Program-made: the position numbers and the translations under genes
Notes under the pieces: model-generated
Told to the model about the DNA's origin: nothing
Database searches by the model: none
What the model saw: the letters and a program-made list of their open reading frames with translations, nothing else
Shown here: in pieces, positions 7,995 to 17,459 of the stretch
Layout of the letters: the number at the start of each line of letters is the position of its first letter
Position numbering within the stretch: position 1 is the first letter of the stretch
IMG/VR virus record: IMGVR_UViG_3300050821_002122
Span: 125,690 to 189,689 of that record
Source: a virus
DNA length: 64,000 bases
Direction: 5' to 3' (one strand)

Positions 7995-9666
7995 TTTCGG
8001 CCTCCAATTCTTTTTCGGTTAGGACCTTGATGTCCTTGAAGATGGCGTTTTCGCACAGCGCCGTCAGAGTGAATTTATCCTCAACGGCCTTACACACCCG
8101 GTGCGTCAAACGAATCAGGTTCTGGATGTCACGACCTGCGACCTCCGGGAAGTAGAGAACCGCTTTCTTGGTCTCTTCGACACTGAGTTCGACGTTGAAT
8201 TCCTTCAGCATCAGCTTCCACAGGCGCAGACGTTCAGCCGGCTTTGGCGTATCGAACTGGATTACAGCCAAGCAACGGCTCAAGAATGCATCATCGATCT
8301 GATCGCCGCGATTGGAGGTAAGAAAGACCAGACCGTTGTGGTACTCAAGCAAACGCAAGAAGACGGCCACGATTGCATTTTGCACTGGATCGTCGCCACG
8401 TTCTTTGATGAACACATCCGCCTCGTTTATGAGCAGGGGCATGCGCAAACGTGCAGAGCGTTGCAAGATACGGCTCAGGTTCTCTTCGATCTGCTCAGGC
8501 CGCGAGCCGATCTGACCACTCTGAATTTCGTACAGAGGACGGCGCATCTCGTTGGCATAGACTTCTGCCGTCAGTGTCTTACCAGTACCTGGTTTGCCTT
8601 TGGCTAAGATGACCGATGCGGAGGCCTTAGCCTTGATTGTCTTCGACTTGTTTTCTGCGTCGTTCTCGTCGCGAAGGGCGTCCAAGTTGGAGATCAGTGC
8701 GCCGATCAGGCGAGTGTGACTCTTCGGCAGAATCAACTTGTCCATCAGGTCTTCTTCGTACTTGTATACCCGCATATTGATGACGTTGATCCACACCATG
8801 CAGTGGTGCGCCATCGAGAAGACAGGCAGCATCGGGTGCGTTGGGACGATGACCATTTTGCCAGTGAGGTCAGATTTGATGACTGGCATCGAGCGATCGT
8901 TCTCGTTGTCCTCTTCGTTGTCTTCATCGCGTCCGAAATCGATGATAGCCCGCGTGGTTGTCGTACCATTCATCATCGAAACAGTCGAAGACGACCACCA
9001 GCGATGACCATTCGTTTTGTACGCATGACCACGGCAGAGGAACTGCTCACCTTGCTGCGAACCGAAGTCAGCAAAGCGGGACATGACCTTCTCGTAATCC
9101 TCGGTCATGTCTTTATCAGGCACCAGCAGATTGCGGGCTCGCAGAATCTGTGGCAGAGTCATGCCGATAACCTGACGCCGACTGAAGTTGTGAGTTTCAT
9201 GCGAATGGCTCATGCGGATGTTGTAAGCTAAGTTGAGGGTGGCATATTCTTCGCGACCATAACCATTACGGTCACGTTTCACCTCTGGCACGAAGGTGAC
9301 GTTGTAAGGGACATACGCGACACCACGTTGGTCACTCAGTACAGAATGCAGTAATGGCCAATCGTTCTCTTTCAAATAAGCGATCAGCTTGGTAGCGAAT
9401 TCCTCCACACTTTCGATTTTCTTCTGCGCCGGGTCTTTCAGCACGTTGATGAGGCGACTCACGCGGCGAATCTCATCCTCTTCCTTTTCCTTCATGACTG
9501 CTCGGAGAATTTCCAGATGCTCCAGCGCCAAATTGTCCAGATCGATATCGAGCTTCTCCCTGTCCTTCTTACGCTTGAACGTGAAGTTGTAGCCCAGGTG
9601 AATTGCATCTGCACCCAGGCGTTTCGCTACCTCTTTCAGGCAACCGGCTGTGACTGAGATTTCCAT
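7957..9666 (-). CDS. AAA+ ATPase with a long N-terminal domain
   Basis: Walker A GKPGTGKT, Walker B-like LLINEAD, FLRLLEYHNGLVFLTSNR, Arg finger DAFLSRC. Confidence 0.9.
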   Translation of the reverse strand: MEISVTAGCLKEVAKRLGADAIHLGYNFTFKRKKDREKLDIDLDNLALEHLEILRAVMKEKEEDEIRRVSRLINVLKDPAQKKIESVEEFATKLIAYLKENDWPLLHSVLSDQRGVAYVPYNVTFVPEVKRDRNGYGREEYATLNLAYNIRMSHSHETHNFSRRQVIGMTLPQILRARNLLVPDKDMTEDYEKVMSRFADFGSQQGEQFLCRGHAYKTNGHRWWSSSTVSMMNGTTTTRAIIDFGRDEDNEEDNENDRSMPVIKSDLTGKMVIVPTHPMLPVFSMAHHCMVWINVINMRVYKYEEDLMDKLILPKSHTRLIGALISNLDALRDENDAENKSKTIKAKASASVILAKGKPGTGKTLTAEVYANEMRRPLYEIQSGQIGSRPEQIEENLSRILQRSARLRMPLLINEADVFIKERGDDPVQNAIVAVFLRLLEYHNGLVFLTSNRGDQIDDAFLSRCLAVIQFDTPKPAERLRLWKLMLKEFNVELSVEETKKAVLYFPEVAGRDIQNLIRLTHRVCKAVEDKFTLTALCENAIFKDIKVLTEKELEAEIAKHREARAATA

Positions 9667-10131
9667 TTAGTGGCTCACTTTCTGAGTTGGTGGTACGAAT
9701 GCCTCGAAGTCGTAGACTTCCATTTCTAGCGTCATAGGTTCGGTGCTACCCAGCTGCATCAGATCGAGATAACCGCCCTCGCAGATGTGACTGTAGACCG
9801 GAACACCGTTGAGCGAATACTCGATGATGACCGTCATGTGCGTCGGGTCTGCGTTGTACTGCATGTACTCCTGAATCGCTGCGGCCATCTGCGCAGGATT
9901 GGCGCCCTCATTCAGCTGCATGCGCAGTGTACCTTTAATCTTTGCATCGTTCTCGTCCTCATCTTCGTCTTCCTCGGATTCTTCATCAGGAGGCATCGGG
10001 ATGACCAGGTCATCTTCATCGTCGTCATCTTCATCGAGGTCTTCAAATTCCCACTCGGCACAAACGGCACCGAGGTTCAGCATTTCCAGTTCGTTGTTAT
10101 TCGTGTCGCCGATGATGATTCGCATTTCCAT
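9667..10131 (-). CDS. Acidic hypothetical protein
   Basis: Asp/Glu tracts; stop abuts the ATPase start. Confidence 0.75.
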   Translation of the reverse strand: MEMRIIIGDTNNNELEMLNLGAVCAEWEFEDLDEDDDDEDDLVIPMPPDEESEEDEDEDENDAKIKGTLRMQLNEGANPAQMAAAIQEYMQYNADPTHMTVIIEYSLNGVPVYSHICEGGYLDLMQLGSTEPMTLEMEVYDFEAFVPPTQKVSH

Positions 10132-10140
10132 TTGAGACTC

Positions 10141-10482
10141 CTAGTTAGGTATGATAAAATCTTTATTTACTGCATTGGCAAAGTCGACCACTACAGAGAA
10201 CGGTCGTATGTAATCCAGCATCTCAGTGTGGCCAGAATTTGCTAGTGCCTCATACACAGAGGTTTCCATCGCCTCTGTAGCCAACGCAATTAAGTCGGAG
10301 ACCTTGAAACCGTAGACTGCGCACAGTTCCAATAACTGCTCCAACGTTGGCTTGTATGACCCGCGTTCTATGCGACTAACTATGCCAACATGCATCTTCG
10401 ATAGTTCTGCCACACGAGTTAGTGTTAGGTGTCTCGTTTTACGCAGGCACCTGAGGTAGACTCCTACGTAGGCCGAGATCAT
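10141..10482 (-). CDS. XRE/Cro-C1 family HTH regulator
   Basis: LRKTRHLTLTRVAELSKMHVGIVSRIERGSYKPTLEQL. Confidence 0.85.
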   Translation of the reverse strand: MISAYVGVYLRCLRKTRHLTLTRVAELSKMHVGIVSRIERGSYKPTLEQLLELCAVYGFKVSDLIALATEAMETSVYEALANSGHTEMLDYIRPFSVVVDFANAVNKDFIIPN

Positions 10483-11000
10483 AGGTTCACGTATGCCTTG
10501 ACCAAGGTAGTCAAGTCACCCTTATACTCATCGTTGGCGCAGAACTTACCAGGTACGTCGCAGCAAGTCGCTCGCTTGAACGTATCGGTGCAGGCAGCCA
10601 ATGCTGCATCAACACGGTCTAGATTCACGGGCACATGCTTCTTATCACCATAGCGTTCATACAGATGGTCAACTAACCGAGCTAGTTTAGTAATGTCATT
10701 GAGGTCCTTTTCACCCTCGTGAAACTCGTGTATGGCATTGCTGTTATGCTGCATCATACCGAGCTTGCGCAGTGCTTCCTTGCTGTCGATATGGTAAGCA
10801 GGAAATATCTTTAGCCACAGTTCTTTACGTTGATTGCGTTTGACCAATGGTGCCCATGCCACGCAGCCTTCTGTGGTATTGCGGTCACCAAAGATTGCGA
10901 TGCCACCCGTGGTCAACAGTTGAATCTTGCCACCTGGAGGATCGATATCGATGCCGAAATAGTTCCAGGTAACATCATGCGATGCATGGTAGTCTTTCAT
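10479..11000 (-). CDS. Hypothetical protein (173 aa)
   Basis: ORF with ATGA overlap. Confidence 0.7.
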   Translation of the reverse strand: MKDYHASHDVTWNYFGIDIDPPGGKIQLLTTGGIAIFGDRNTTEGCVAWAPLVKRNQRKELWLKIFPAYHIDSKEALRKLGMMQHNSNAIHEFHEGEKDLNDITKLARLVDHLYERYGDKKHVPVNLDRVDAALAACTDTFKRATCCDVPGKFCANDEYKGDLTTLVKAYVNL

Positions 11001-11001
11001 T

Positions 11002-11319
11002 TTATTTCCCTATGAATTGTTTGCATTTGGCTGCACACTTGACGATGGCACGACAGGTAGCAGCCTTCTTGTCGTTACCGTGGAGTTCTGTTTCGGATAC
11101 GTAACTGACCGAAGCCACCACACGATGAATACCATGAGGTTGAAAGTGTTGAACACTCATGTTCAGTGCTAGCGCCAGTTCAGCAGCCTGAGTGAGATTG
11201 GTTGCGGGTGTCCATGGTTCATGATTGTGGAACGGTATCCAAGGACTATCACCCACACTGGCCCATGACAGTTCTATACCTGCCGCGATTGCGGCGTCTT
11301 CCAATATCTGCTTGTCCAT
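11002..11319 (-). CDS. Phage protein, ABA-sandwich-like
   Basis: WTPATNLTQAAELA...AATCRAIVKCAA pattern. Confidence 0.55.
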   Translation of the reverse strand: MDKQILEDAAIAAGIELSWASVGDSPWIPFHNHEPWTPATNLTQAAELALALNMSVQHFQPHGIHRVVASVSYVSETELHGNDKKAATCRAIVKCAAKCKQFIGK

Positions 11320-11321
11320 AA

Positions 11322-11798
11322 TTACCTCGGCTTGGTAAGATTTCTTTCACGGATTTTATCGATCAAGGGCTGTACGCGCGTCAACTCACGCTCACCTTCT
11401 TCCATCATATCGAAGCCAGCAGCAGAGGCCAAGGCAGCCAGCGTAGTCATCACGCCACCAATCTCTTGGTTCACTACGCCGATGGGACGGGCAAATACAT
11501 ATGTTACCAACTCATGAGCCTTCTCCTCGGTCATGCCGTTGGCTTGTACCAACTCTAGTGCCTCTTCAATGAACCGCAAATTGCGTTCGTGCGCGCTGGT
11601 AGTCTTTTCGATACCGAAGCATGCGAGTACCCAAAGATGTACACGACCGCTGAATGACTCTTTATAATCACCAACAGTTTTGCCATCAAGCGCTGCATGA
11701 ATTTTGTTGGCGACTTCTTGCAGGCGATTACCAGCCGGTTTGGTTACGTCGTGAAGATCAACGTACCAGTCGTGTAAAGTTTCGTTGTCGATGGTCAT
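11322..11798 (-). CDS. MazG-like (all-alpha NTP pyrophosphohydrolase) protein
   Basis: RFIEEALELVQA...QEIGGVMTTLAALA. Confidence 0.6.
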   Translation of the reverse strand: MTIDNETLHDWYVDLHDVTKPAGNRLQEVANKIHAALDGKTVGDYKESFSGRVHLWVLACFGIEKTTSAHERNLRFIEEALELVQANGMTEEKAHELVTYVFARPIGVVNQEIGGVMTTLAALASAAGFDMMEEGERELTRVQPLIDKIRERNLTKPR

Positions 11799-12309
11799 TT
11801 ACTTCTCCTTAAACCAATAATGCTACCAAATAAGATACCTAAGCTTACTCCAACTGCGTAGATCGGGGAATCACCAAGAATGATGAGCCTCAAATGCGTA
11901 CTTAGGTGATCGAATAACATACCCCAAATAATTCCAAATGGAACCATGAGCGCTACAATCAAAATCAGCCACCTAGCGCGGAGATGTACCACTGCATAGA
12001 ACGGTATAAACGCACCAATACCAGCAGATATCATAGCCAACACAAACGTCCAAAGATAATTCATATTTTATCCTCTTGGTAAGTATTTAAGACCTGACAG
12101 ATGTGGTCAAAGTATTCATCCTGAATTTTCTGCGTTGGTTCAGTGTCGAAGTCGGCTCGGGCTATGCGAACAGTACCACAGCAGAGTACACCATTGCCGT
12201 GATGCCACCTGCCAAATGTCGGGTATTTATTTGTATCAAGCGTGTCGTTGCTCATCACTACATCCATCGTCTGCGCCTCTTCCGATAGTGTCAATTCCTT
12301 TGCGTTCAT
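11795..12309 (-). CDS. Small membrane protein (11795-12064) and hypothetical protein (12061-12309)
   Basis: Three hydrophobic segments in the first; overlapping start/stop codons. Confidence 0.65.
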
Positions 12310-12318
12310 GTGTTTCTC

Positions 12319-12588
12319 CTAGAGAGCGCTAGGCTCGGCGACAATGTACCAGTCGTCACGTATAATATCGTATGCCGTTGGGCAGTAGTCTAAGAAAAGG
12401 TTACCTTCTGCATCGTAAGGTTGCTGTCGGTCTTTAACATAAACCTGACGAAGGGCTCTTTCGTAAGTCTGAGATCGGGTCATACGTATGACGCAGCCTC
12501 GATCAGACAACCAGGTTGGATTGGTCACAACCAAATCGTGTTTGTCAGTTTGGTCAAAGAAGTGCCGCACGATTTCATGAAGTTGCAT
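12319..12588 (-). CDS. Hypothetical protein with DUF2829/Tad2-like C-terminal motif
   Basis: YCPTAYDIIRDDWYIV resembles the W.PS..D.LA.DW.IV signature. Confidence 0.4.
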   Translation of the reverse strand: MQLHEIVRHFFDQTDKHDLVVTNPTWLSDRGCVIRMTRSQTYERALRQVYVKDRQQPYDAEGNLFLDYCPTAYDIIRDDWYIVAEPSAL

Positions 12589-14477
12589 TTTGTTTCCTCT
12601 TGAAGTGTGGTTTGCCGAACAGGATTTCCCAGTGCTGAGGGTTGGTGACGATCATCGGAGATTTGAAGAACCGTTTTGCCAACCGGCGGGTTCGGAATTT
12701 CAAGCTCGCCGGCAATTTCTGTTCCTTGATATCGTCAAGGGTATAGTATTTGCCCACGCGTGCGATCTTGGGTTGCGGAGGTGGTTTGCGATTCAGTCGG
12801 CCTATCGACTGAAAATGGTTGCAAGGTGACCAACTCATGGTAGAGAAATTCAGAGTAGAGGTGTAACTGATAGACGAATCGAAGTTCAGGGGTTCTCCAA
12901 GAACCATGGCCTGCTGCTCCGTCAAATGGAGAGTTGCTACTACCCGGCCATTTTCGTTTACCGTTGCGTTCACTACCTTGCCAACTACTTCACCTTCCGA
13001 TGTTACTGGCTTACCGACGAAGGTAGTAGGATCGATATCAGATGGCAATCCGATGATTACGTTGATATCACTCATGGCTAACCAGATCGATGTTGATTGC
13101 CACATGAGTAAGCATGCTAAATTCTACCACAATGGTAGTGTGCTCCTTACCATTGCGTTCACGAATGATTCTAAAGACTGGTTTGTCGGCCTCTGCTTCC
13201 GGACGTTGGTTAGTAATAAGACTTGCGGCAATGAAGCCTTCAACTTCTGCGTAGTCTAATTCGGTTGGCTCAGTCTCAAGCTTCAGTAGGTGTTTAGTTG
13301 TCGTAGCAAAGAGACGGTCGACTGCATTCGAGATGCCAGTCACGATTTCGATGATACGCTCATCGGTGATTGATTGGTCTATACTGGGTCGAGCGCAGAT
13401 GTAGAGTGGTTTGGCCTCTATTGGTTCGGTAACTGCCTCTGCTCGTGTAAGTGACGTTGTGTGCATACCGCGTCTGAAAGTAAGACCGTTATCATCGCGC
13501 AGCGTGAGGTGCTGAAAGGTAAGAGAATTATTCAGCATGTAGATATTCGCTTGCTTGCACAAATAGGCTGGGATAGCCTCGTAGTCCTGTTGCTCGAATA
13601 ATTCCCTCACACCATTGATTGCATTCATTTCTTCCTCGCTTTACGTGCAGCCTTGGCCTTAGCACGATTCTTGGTTTTGAGTTTGTCGACCGGCACCTTG
13701 TTGCCAGACCGATCCCGAGTACCTGAGTACTTCTTGTATTCCTGTAGTTTCAACTCCGCTACTGAATCATCGACTATCCACTTGATATCAGGTTGATTAT
13801 TGAGAGGTATCATATATCTCCTATTAGGATGTCTTCGATGTGGTCAACGGAAACTTCCCACTGGTGTGGTGATGTCTCACGCCGTAGTTGAAGGCCATGG
13901 TAAAGAGTAGTTCCAAAAAGAACAGGTGGGTACCTACGACCAATCGAGCCAACCTCAAGTTCAGATAGTTCAACAACGCCCAAACTGAAGGTCATACGGC
14001 CAGGGAACTCCGTAGTAGGCTCATGTTCCGGTTTTGGATTACGCAACCGAAACCAGAAACTTTGTAGGCTATGCGTATCTAGCTCCACAGCATCGATGAT
14101 TCGAGACACTGGTATGATGAGCCTCATGTTGTTATCCTATAAAAGAGGGAATTGACATCGACCTTAAGTGCCAGCGATTTGGTGAAAAGACAGTTGCGTA
14201 GAGAACGTTCCCCGTAATCCCGTATCCGCCACACTGAATAATCGTGAATCACACCAACCAGAGTTCTGCCTCGAAATTTGGCAGGGCCGTCTTCCGCGCT
14301 GCAAGGTGTTAGTTGAATCTCGAGGTCTCGCAGGGTTTGTTGCGTATCACCATCTACGGACCTGATCCATTGAACCGCACACTGCATGTTGAAACATACT
14401 ACGTAGACATCGTTGGGTGTCGGATCAGTCTCGCGTAGTTTCTTTACGTTGGCGATGATGTTATCGAGCGGGTTCAT
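12575..14477 (-). CDS. Run of hypothetical proteins (12575-13075, 13068-13628, 13625-13813, 13810-14127, 14124-14477)
   Basis: Consecutive ORFs with overlapping start/stop codons. Confidence 0.65.
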
Positions 14478-15285
14478 CTTTATCTCCTTTGCTGTTAGCT
14501 AGTGCATCTGCTTCTTTTTCGTAATCGATACCAAACTGACTGAAATATTCTTGACGAGTAAGTGGCTTGCCGTCGTCACCCACTGACTTGCAAATGAGAC
14601 CTTGTTCTGCCAATCCTTGCGTGAATTTTGTTTTATCGGCACCTATGGTAGCGGAGGCAGAACGCAACATGTGGTGAACTACTGCGACTGCGCGTTTCTG
14701 ATCTAGCTCAGTGGCGGCCGCTGCCATGCGATCAAGTTCATCAACCCACCACTGACCTTCTTGGAAATTGCTCAAAGGATCGATACCTTTGTCAAGCTGG
14801 TTCATAAGCTTGTCGTTGTGTTCTCGGATGACCTCCATGCGTCCAGCCTGGTGTGCTTCCTTAATCAAGTCTTCGATGTGCCTGCGCAGTGCCTTGAGTG
14901 CAGCTGAGCCTTTAGTACTTCCCAAAGAATGTAACCTAAGATAGTTAATACGGCGCACCAAGTCCTGCTCAAAGAAAGTTGGTGTGCCGGCCACATCAGA
15001 TACAGCGGTAGCAAGATCATATGCCAGTTTCAAGGATGGGCTAGGCTTGCCTACGTTACCTGCTACATGATCTGTACAGGTGTAGATTACAAATCCTTGA
15101 GAGTTATCTACAGTAACCTCACACCAGTCATCACCAGTAAGGTCTGCGGGTATAGTGTGCCCTTTGATATGACCATCATGACTATGAATTACTAGGCTCA
15201 TGCCAACCATACTATAGAATAGGCCTACTACTGAGGCCTCCGCATTGGTGAAGTACGTATATGTTGAGGCGTCGGTGTAGTTCAT
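14461..15285 (-). CDS. Hypothetical multidomain protein (274 aa)
   Basis: Long ORF; N-terminal IPADLTGDDWCEV motif. Confidence 0.7.
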   Translation of the reverse strand: MNYTDASTYTYFTNAEASVVGLFYSMVGMSLVIHSHDGHIKGHTIPADLTGDDWCEVTVDNSQGFVIYTCTDHVAGNVGKPSPSLKLAYDLATAVSDVAGTPTFFEQDLVRRINYLRLHSLGSTKGSAALKALRRHIEDLIKEAHQAGRMEVIREHNDKLMNQLDKGIDPLSNFQEGQWWVDELDRMAAAATELDQKRAVAVVHHMLRSASATIGADKTKFTQGLAEQGLICKSVGDDGKPLTRQEYFSQFGIDYEKEADALANSKGDKDEPAR

Positions 15286-15968
15286 GTTGGTACCTTAAAG
15301 ACCAAGGTGTTTAACTGGCTGTTCACGTAGGCCAACAATTCAGATATTTGGGAGACCTCACAAGGTGTTTGAGGACCGCTAAACATACTTACGAACTTGT
15401 TATCAGCATTCAGTGTTACGGTTATGCTGACACCGGATTGGTCGTCGTAGAAGGCATGTACCATCTTTTGGTAGCCAAGATTCTTGGCGATGATTTTGAT
15501 TGTCATTTTAGTCCTCGAACACTAGGTTTTGAATTTTGTTATTGATTTCTGCCAGCAGTGTTGCCACCACATCCCCAGGTTGTGAACAAGAGATTTGCCG
15601 AATGGTGTAATGCGCGTCATAAAATACGCGTATGTAGCACGCAGGATTATCCTCATAGGAGGCTGTTACCATCCGCGTGGAACCGTTGGAGCCTATTACA
15701 AGGCTTTGGGCAATGAGCTTGATATTCATTCCAAGCACTCCTCAAAGACGATGTTGGGCAGCTCGCGGTGAATCTCATTCATCAAAGCAATGATGGTAGT
15801 CATCGATGCGAACGGAGCATTGGGCATCGAGTACATACCACCCACTTCATTCGCATCATTGAACAGAACAGCAATCCTGTATTCTGGATTGTCCTCAAAG
15901 TAGGCGTAGGCCAACTTCGTGCCTAAGTTAGAGGGCTTGATATGCCGTGCAATAATTCGTATGGTCAT
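15282..15968 (-). CDS. Three tandem paralogous ~75-aa proteins (15282-15506, 15508-15729, 15726-15968)
   Basis: Shared M.I(K/R)(I/L)IA start, (Y/F)(D/E)D(N/Q) core and LVF/IVF end. Confidence 0.75.
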
Positions 15969-16582
15969 TTTCCATACCTCTTCTTTGCTCCTAGCTTACC
16001 AGCAATGGCGGCTTCCTCTTTGGTGTAGCGATGAGCCGTTCCGTCGGCGTGTGCCTTCTTACCGCCCTGGGATGCTATCTCACGTTGACGCTCTGGACTG
16101 ATAGCCGCGAAGCCTCGTGCGTTCAGGTCTTTCACGTAGACATCGCTGACCTGACCCTCATAGGGAGGTGCAGTATGCGAGAACTTGAAGTTCCAATTCT
16201 TGATGTACCACTGTGCCGCCGAATGAGTGTCTAACGCTACATGCGTGAAACCCAGCCTACGGCAATACTGAATTGCTTTCGCAACCAATGCCTTACCAGT
16301 ACCTTTGTTGCGATGTTCGGCGTCCACATGGACAGCATAAAGATGCGGCATCTGCAATAAGGGCAAATTCAAACGAGGCCAGTATGCTGGGTCTGGCTCG
16401 TATTCAATTATAACCGATCCGATTACCACACCTTCTTCCTCTGCGATATACGCCCAGGGAATTGGGTTAGGTATTGGTCCATCTGGCAGAGCTGGAATCT
16501 GTGGTAAGAAGCCGGTGAAGTAATGCTTGGTGGCGTAGGCCAAATGGTCTTTCCTGTTGCGATCAAAGTTCACGATTTTCAT
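15965..16582 (-). CDS. GNAT acetyltransferase fused to a KGG stress-protein motif
   Basis: LYAVHVDAEHRNKGTGKALV (acetyl-CoA motif A); C-terminal RGFAAISPERQREIASQGGK. Confidence 0.8.
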   Translation of the reverse strand: MKIVNFDRNRKDHLAYATKHYFTGFLPQIPALPDGPIPNPIPWAYIAEEEGVVIGSVIIEYEPDPAYWPRLNLPLLQMPHLYAVHVDAEHRNKGTGKALVAKAIQYCRRLGFTHVALDTHSAAQWYIKNWNFKFSHTAPPYEGQVSDVYVKDLNARGFAAISPERQREIASQGGKKAHADGTAHRYTKEEAAIAGKLGAKKRYGK

Positions 16583-17217
16583 TTTGGTGTCCTCAGATAT
16601 TCGTGGAGTAGTGCGCCAGTGCGCTCATCTATGTGCGTCCTGCCGCTCTTTACGAAGCCTGCTTTGGTAAAGACTTTGATGGAGGCCAAGTTTGCGTCAT
16701 CGATGTAAGCACGCCCGGTACGCAAAGCAAAGTGACGTATAACGAAAGCAGTTGCGATGCCTTGACCGCGGAATTCTTTGAGGACAAACAAGGGACCGAT
16801 GCGATTGTGCCCACTGGAATCAGTGTAAGGCCAACACACTCCGACTGGAGTTTTACCCTCATGGTAGATGACGACTAGATTGGCATCTGTTTGATGTTCA
16901 ACTGCACCGTTCAAGAATGCCTCACGCATAGCGTAGTCAATAATACGATTTACCTGAAGGTCGCGAGGGTCTATGATGAAAGACAATAGGTCCCTACTGT
17001 GTACAGACCAAAGTACTTCCTTGGTCTCGTCGATGAGCATCATATGCCCACGATTCACGAGGTACAACTTGCCTTCCACTGGCGGTCGGGTCAACATCGA
17101 AATGTGACCTTTGATATTAACCGACTTTTCTAGCTGATAGGTTTCGTCACCTACCACTACGGTAGAACCTACGGGTATCATATAGGCGGGTATCATTACC
17201 TTCATGTCAATATGCAT
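16579..17217 (-). CDS. GNAT acetyltransferase with an unknown N-terminal domain
   Basis: IGPLFVLKEFRGQGIAT...NLASIKVFTKAGF. Confidence 0.85.
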   Translation of the reverse strand: MHIDMKVMIPAYMIPVGSTVVVGDETYQLEKSVNIKGHISMLTRPPVEGKLYLVNRGHMMLIDETKEVLWSVHSRDLLSFIIDPRDLQVNRIIDYAMREAFLNGAVEHQTDANLVVIYHEGKTPVGVCWPYTDSSGHNRIGPLFVLKEFRGQGIATAFVIRHFALRTGRAYIDDANLASIKVFTKAGFVKSGRTHIDERTGALLHEYLRTPK

Positions 17218-17245
17218 TTCGTTCTCCTGTTGTTCACTTACTGCA

Positions 17246-17255
17246 TATTTACTAG
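17246..17255 (-). promoter_or_regulatory. CTAGTAAATA motif heading the minus-strand block
   Basis: Motif ~30 nt upstream of ATG 17217. Confidence 0.6.
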
Positions 17256-17271
17256 ACCAGGATTCTGATTA

Positions 17272-17383
17272 ACAGAAGAATAAATACAGAAGAATGCTGT
17301 CAGACAATAGACAAAAGAATGCTTAGAAGAATACTATTATGTTTTGAAAGAGTGTTGTCAGACAATGGCATCACAGTAAATAT
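17272..17383. repeat. Iteron/operator-like repeats at the strand switch
   Basis: AGAAGAAT x3 (17274, 17288, 17325); palindromic TGTCAGACA x2 (17298, 17356); CAGTAAATA at 17374. Confidence 0.55.
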
Positions 17384-17459
17384 GTACTGATCCGATCAAG
17401 ACTAAGGTGCGCTACATGTTAGTCCCAACTACTGATGAGCTTAATACATAAGGTAACCT

